From: Schmidtea nova
Lineage: Eukaryota
Assembly (NCBI GenBank): GCA_044892505.1
Contig: CM097882.1
Span: forward strand, 72,602,001-72,666,000
Direction: 5' to 3'
DNA: 64,000 bases
The notes beneath the pieces are model-generated. The model had not been told where the DNA came from and ran no database searches. It saw nothing but the letters and a program-made list of their open reading frames with translations. Of this stretch, positions 63,417 to 64,000 are shown piece by piece. Within the stretch, counting starts at the first letter, position 1. The number at the start of each line of letters is the position of its first letter. The position numbers and the translations under genes were made by a program.

Positions 63417-64000
63417 TTAATCACCCAATGGCCATTTAAAACACATTGCAATTTTTTTAAGATAAACAACACCATAATTTTCCCCGTATCCAACGCATAT
63501 GTCTCGAAGTTTTTTGTCAAAGGGATTCTTATCATCCGTTAGAATTTTTCCATCATGCAAGGCTTTTAAAATTTTAATTTCTGTTGTACTTTGTTCTTTT
63601 TTCAACTCTTCTCCAAGCTTTTTATACTGAGATGTAATATGTTTACATATCCATTCATAGCACGATGCCATCCTTCAACGGTATTCGTTGTTCTTGGAAT
63701 GTTGTTAAGACATCTGGAGTGTACGTTCCAAAATTCTATTCGAAATCTTGGTCTATATATATCTTCTTCGGACAATATATTTCCAATATAGTTTTTTCTA
63801 AAATACTCCATTAACAAAAATATATTATTGTCAATATTTGTTTCCATGAAAAAGTGTTTTAGATTTTTATATTCAACAACAACCAAATGCTCTGGAACAA
63901 AAGCAAGTGACAAAATCATTCTACAACAAACATTAAAATTAAAATCACTTTTATATAGTTTGGTTAACCCTTTACTCTGCACCTTTCTCCAAAAACTTCC
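63417..64000 (-). mobile_element. Mutator-like (MULE) transposase C-terminal remnant
   Basis: ILSLAFVP, EYFRKNYIG, FWNVH, RTTNTVEGWH; frameshifted tail; runs off the window. Confidence 0.82.

Overview
AT-rich eukaryotic (probably invertebrate or parasite) draft-assembly DNA with four N gaps, made mostly of nested transposable elements; no prokaryotic genes, rRNA, tRNA genes or true CRISPR array. A nest at 8.6-28.3 kb can be dissected by target-site duplications (TSDs). About 1-kb TGTTG...CARCA solo-LTR-like elements (4-bp TSDs) sit inside each other. A 3.2-kb cargo-bearing element with the same end type (12498-23992; promoter, intron, orphan ORFs, four-hairpin array) is interrupted by a decayed Ty3/gypsy element (13294-21608), which is itself interrupted by a young, apparently intact 3,384-bp LTR retrotransposon with 91-bp LTRs (16643-20026). 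That mini-element and a diverged relative (33.9-37.4 kb) share an identical 12-nt primer-binding site, AGCTATCCGGGC, complementary to the 5' end (nt 1-12) rather than the 3' end of tRNA-Lys(UUU); this is the strongest novelty candidate. Other content: Polinton-type pPolB fossil, mariner/Tc1/pogo/piggyBac/MULE remnants, a near-full-length Buster-type hAT transposase, a 5'-nucleotidase pseudogene fragment, a 232-bp foldback palindrome and one plausible two-exon orphan gene. All family assignments are from motif recognition by eye; no database searches were run.
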